This document shows, in pieces, positions 62,341 through 64,000 of a DNA stretch of 64,000 nt. This stretch comes from Planctomycetota bacterium. GTDB taxonomy: Bacteria > Planctomycetota > UBA1135 > UBA2386. Under the pieces are notes generated by a model. That model ran no database searches and had not been told where the DNA came from. It was given only the letters and a program-made list of their open reading frames with translations. The translations under genes were made by a program, and so were the position numbers. Location of the stretch: positions 3,424,001-3,488,000 of the forward strand of contig OZ245838.1 in assembly GCA_965228735.1 (NCBI GenBank), given 5' to 3'. Each line of letters starts with the position of its first letter. Within the stretch, counting starts at the first letter, position 1.

Positions 62341-63741
62341 ATGGTCGTTGAAGCAACCTGGGCGCGAACAGCGCATGGTGTGCTGTTCATCTTCGTGACC
62401 ACGCCCCTGCTCGCGCAGGGCACGTGGAGCTCGGACCCCACGGCCGGCGCGCCGCAGTCGCTCGCGCGACATGCGGCGGCGTATGACCTGCAGCGCCAGA
62501 TGATGGTGCTGTTCGGCGGCCACGACCAGCAATACCAGGTGCTGGCCTCGACGTGGGAGTTCGATGGCGTGACCTGGACGCCGCGCTTCTCGTTCGTCAC
62601 ACCCCCGGCCCGACAGGCCGCCGCGATGGTCTATGACGCGATCCGCGGCCGAATGCTCTTGTTCGGCGGCGCACCGACGACGCAGGTCAACGGTCCGCTC
62701 GACGACACGTGGGAGTACGACGGCAACACGTGGACGCAGCTCGCACCGGCGACCACCCCACCACCGCGATACTCGCACGCCATGTGCTATGACCTCGCGC
62801 AGGGCGTGACCGTCATGTTCGGCGGCCGCATGGCGAGCAACATGATCAGTGGTGACACGTGGTTGTGGGACGGTTCGAACTGGCAGCAGCAAGCCGGTCC
62901 GGGACCGTCCCCACGAACGCGGCACGCGATCGCCTACGATCTCAATCGCAACCGCAGCGTGCTCTTCGGCGGCTACGACGGCGGGACGACACTCGGGGAC
63001 ACCTGGGAGTGGAACGGCGCGAGCTGGAGCCAGCACGCGACGACCGCAGTCGTGGCACCACCCGCGCGCTCGGGACACGGCATGGCCGCCGACCTGTCAC
63101 GTTCGGTGATCGTCATGCACGGCGGCATGCCGGGCGGCACCGACACCTGGGAGTGGGATGGCACGACGTGGAGCCAGCACGGCTCGACGGCGACGCCCAA
63201 GACGGACCACTCGATCATCTACGACGCCCGACTGCAGCGCACGACGCTGTACGGCGGCATGCATCCGCTGCCGCCGATGGCGCTCGCATCGGAGACCGCG
63301 ACCTACGGGCAGCCAGTGCCCGGCACGTTCACGCCGCGCGGCGGCAGCTGCCCGGCGTCCTTTGGCACACCGCAGCTCGCCGCACCGACGACCGGGGTGA
63401 CGGGCCCCGTCATGGGCCAGTCCGCGAACGTGTTCGTCACGAGCACGTGGCTGCACACGTGGTTCGTGCTCGGCTGGTCCGAATCGTTCGACGGCACGAC
63501 CCCGCTGCCACTCAACCTCGCGGGCCACGGCATGCCGGGTTGCGAGCTGCAGGTCAGTCAGGACTCGATCACGAGCGTGCCGCCGCAGAACGGCGTCAGC
63601 ACGCTGACGATCCACGTGCCGTCGAACCCGTTCCTGGTGGGGCTGCGGTTCTACGTCCAGGGGTTCGTCCTCGACCCCGCGGCCAATCCGCGGGGCTTCG
63701 CGACGACGAATCGCCTCGCGGCATTCATCGGCCGCAACTGA
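62341..63741 (+). CDS. Secreted Kelch-like (TWEWDG) propeller protein with C-terminal domain
   Basis: AGGGAGG RBS, signal ending LLA-Q, about six 'YD..R...VLFGG...DTWEWDG..W' repeats and C-terminal 'MPGCELQVS...VGLRFYVQGF...TTN'. Confidence 0.85.
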   Translation: MVVEATWARTAHGVLFIFVTTPLLAQGTWSSDPTAGAPQSLARHAAAYDLQRQMMVLFGGHDQQYQVLASTWEFDGVTWTPRFSFVTPPARQAAAMVYDAIRGRMLLFGGAPTTQVNGPLDDTWEYDGNTWTQLAPATTPPPRYSHAMCYDLAQGVTVMFGGRMASNMISGDTWLWDGSNWQQQAGPGPSPRTRHAIAYDLNRNRSVLFGGYDGGTTLGDTWEWNGASWSQHATTAVVAPPARSGHGMAADLSRSVIVMHGGMPGGTDTWEWDGTTWSQHGSTATPKTDHSIIYDARLQRTTLYGGMHPLPPMALASETATYGQPVPGTFTPRGGSCPASFGTPQLAAPTTGVTGPVMGQSANVFVTSTWLHTWFVLGWSESFDGTTPLPLNLAGHGMPGCELQVSQDSITSVPPQNGVSTLTIHVPSNPFLVGLRFYVQGFVLDPAANPRGFATTNRLAAFIGRN

Positions 63742-63784
63742 GAACGCGGTTGTCGCATGCGCCGCCGCCTTGTTGGATGCGGCC

Positions 63785-64000
63785 ATGCGCTTCCTGACCC
63801 ACCTCGAGGCGACGAGCGACGGCACGCGCCTGCCGCCCGACACGCTGCAGACCAACCACGACGGGCAGCCGATCGCCGCCCGCTACGACCTCGCGGCGAT
63901 CCGTGACCGCGTCGACCGCGACGCGCTCGCGCGGCGGCCGGCGACGATGTGGCGCTATCGCGAGTTGTTGCCGTACGCGAGCGAGGACGACATCGTCTCG
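63785..64000 (+). CDS. thrC: Threonine synthase N-terminus (3'-truncated by window)
   Basis: MRFLTHLE...ARYDLAAI...RRPATMWRYRELLP...DIVS matches the N-terminal threonine synthase motif preceding 'LGEG.TP'. Confidence 0.75.
   Translation, partial: MRFLTHLEATSDGTRLPPDTLQTNHDGQPIAARYDLAAIRDRVDRDALARRPATMWRYRELLPYASEDDIVS

Overview
High-GC (roughly 70% by eye) bacterial DNA, most consistent with Planctomycetota: it has a DUF1592/DUF1552 cytochrome pair, ECF sigma/Ser-Thr kinase pairs and DCNxNG repeats. About 40 CDS are supportable. They include a HlyD/M50 export pair, a slipin (SPFH) gene, type-2 ileS, a TetR-MMPL-LolA-like-outer-membrane locus, three kinases, three ECF sigmas, many secreted multidomain proteins and the start of thrC. 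No rRNA, canonical tRNA, CRISPR array or transposase was found. Main highlights: (1) two adjacent, convergent, exported selenoprotein candidates that the ORF track splits at in-frame UGA codons (a SelN-like CxU protein at 60441-61697 and a UxxC thioredoxin-like lipoprotein at 62151-61735), each with a SECIS-like hairpin; (2) a ~900-nt structured non-coding leader before the slipin gene, with a promoter/operator, short ORFs, a tRNA-like (Y-RNA-like) T-arm module and mutually exclusive terminator/antiterminator pairings; (3) ten unrelated secreted proteins sharing two variants of a C-terminal domain, a candidate lineage-specific sorting signal; (4) a 113-bp palindrome with perfect 49-bp arms containing both stop codons of a convergent gene pair; (5) two matching TetR operators. 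All calls come from visual inspection and recalled family motifs; no database searches were run.
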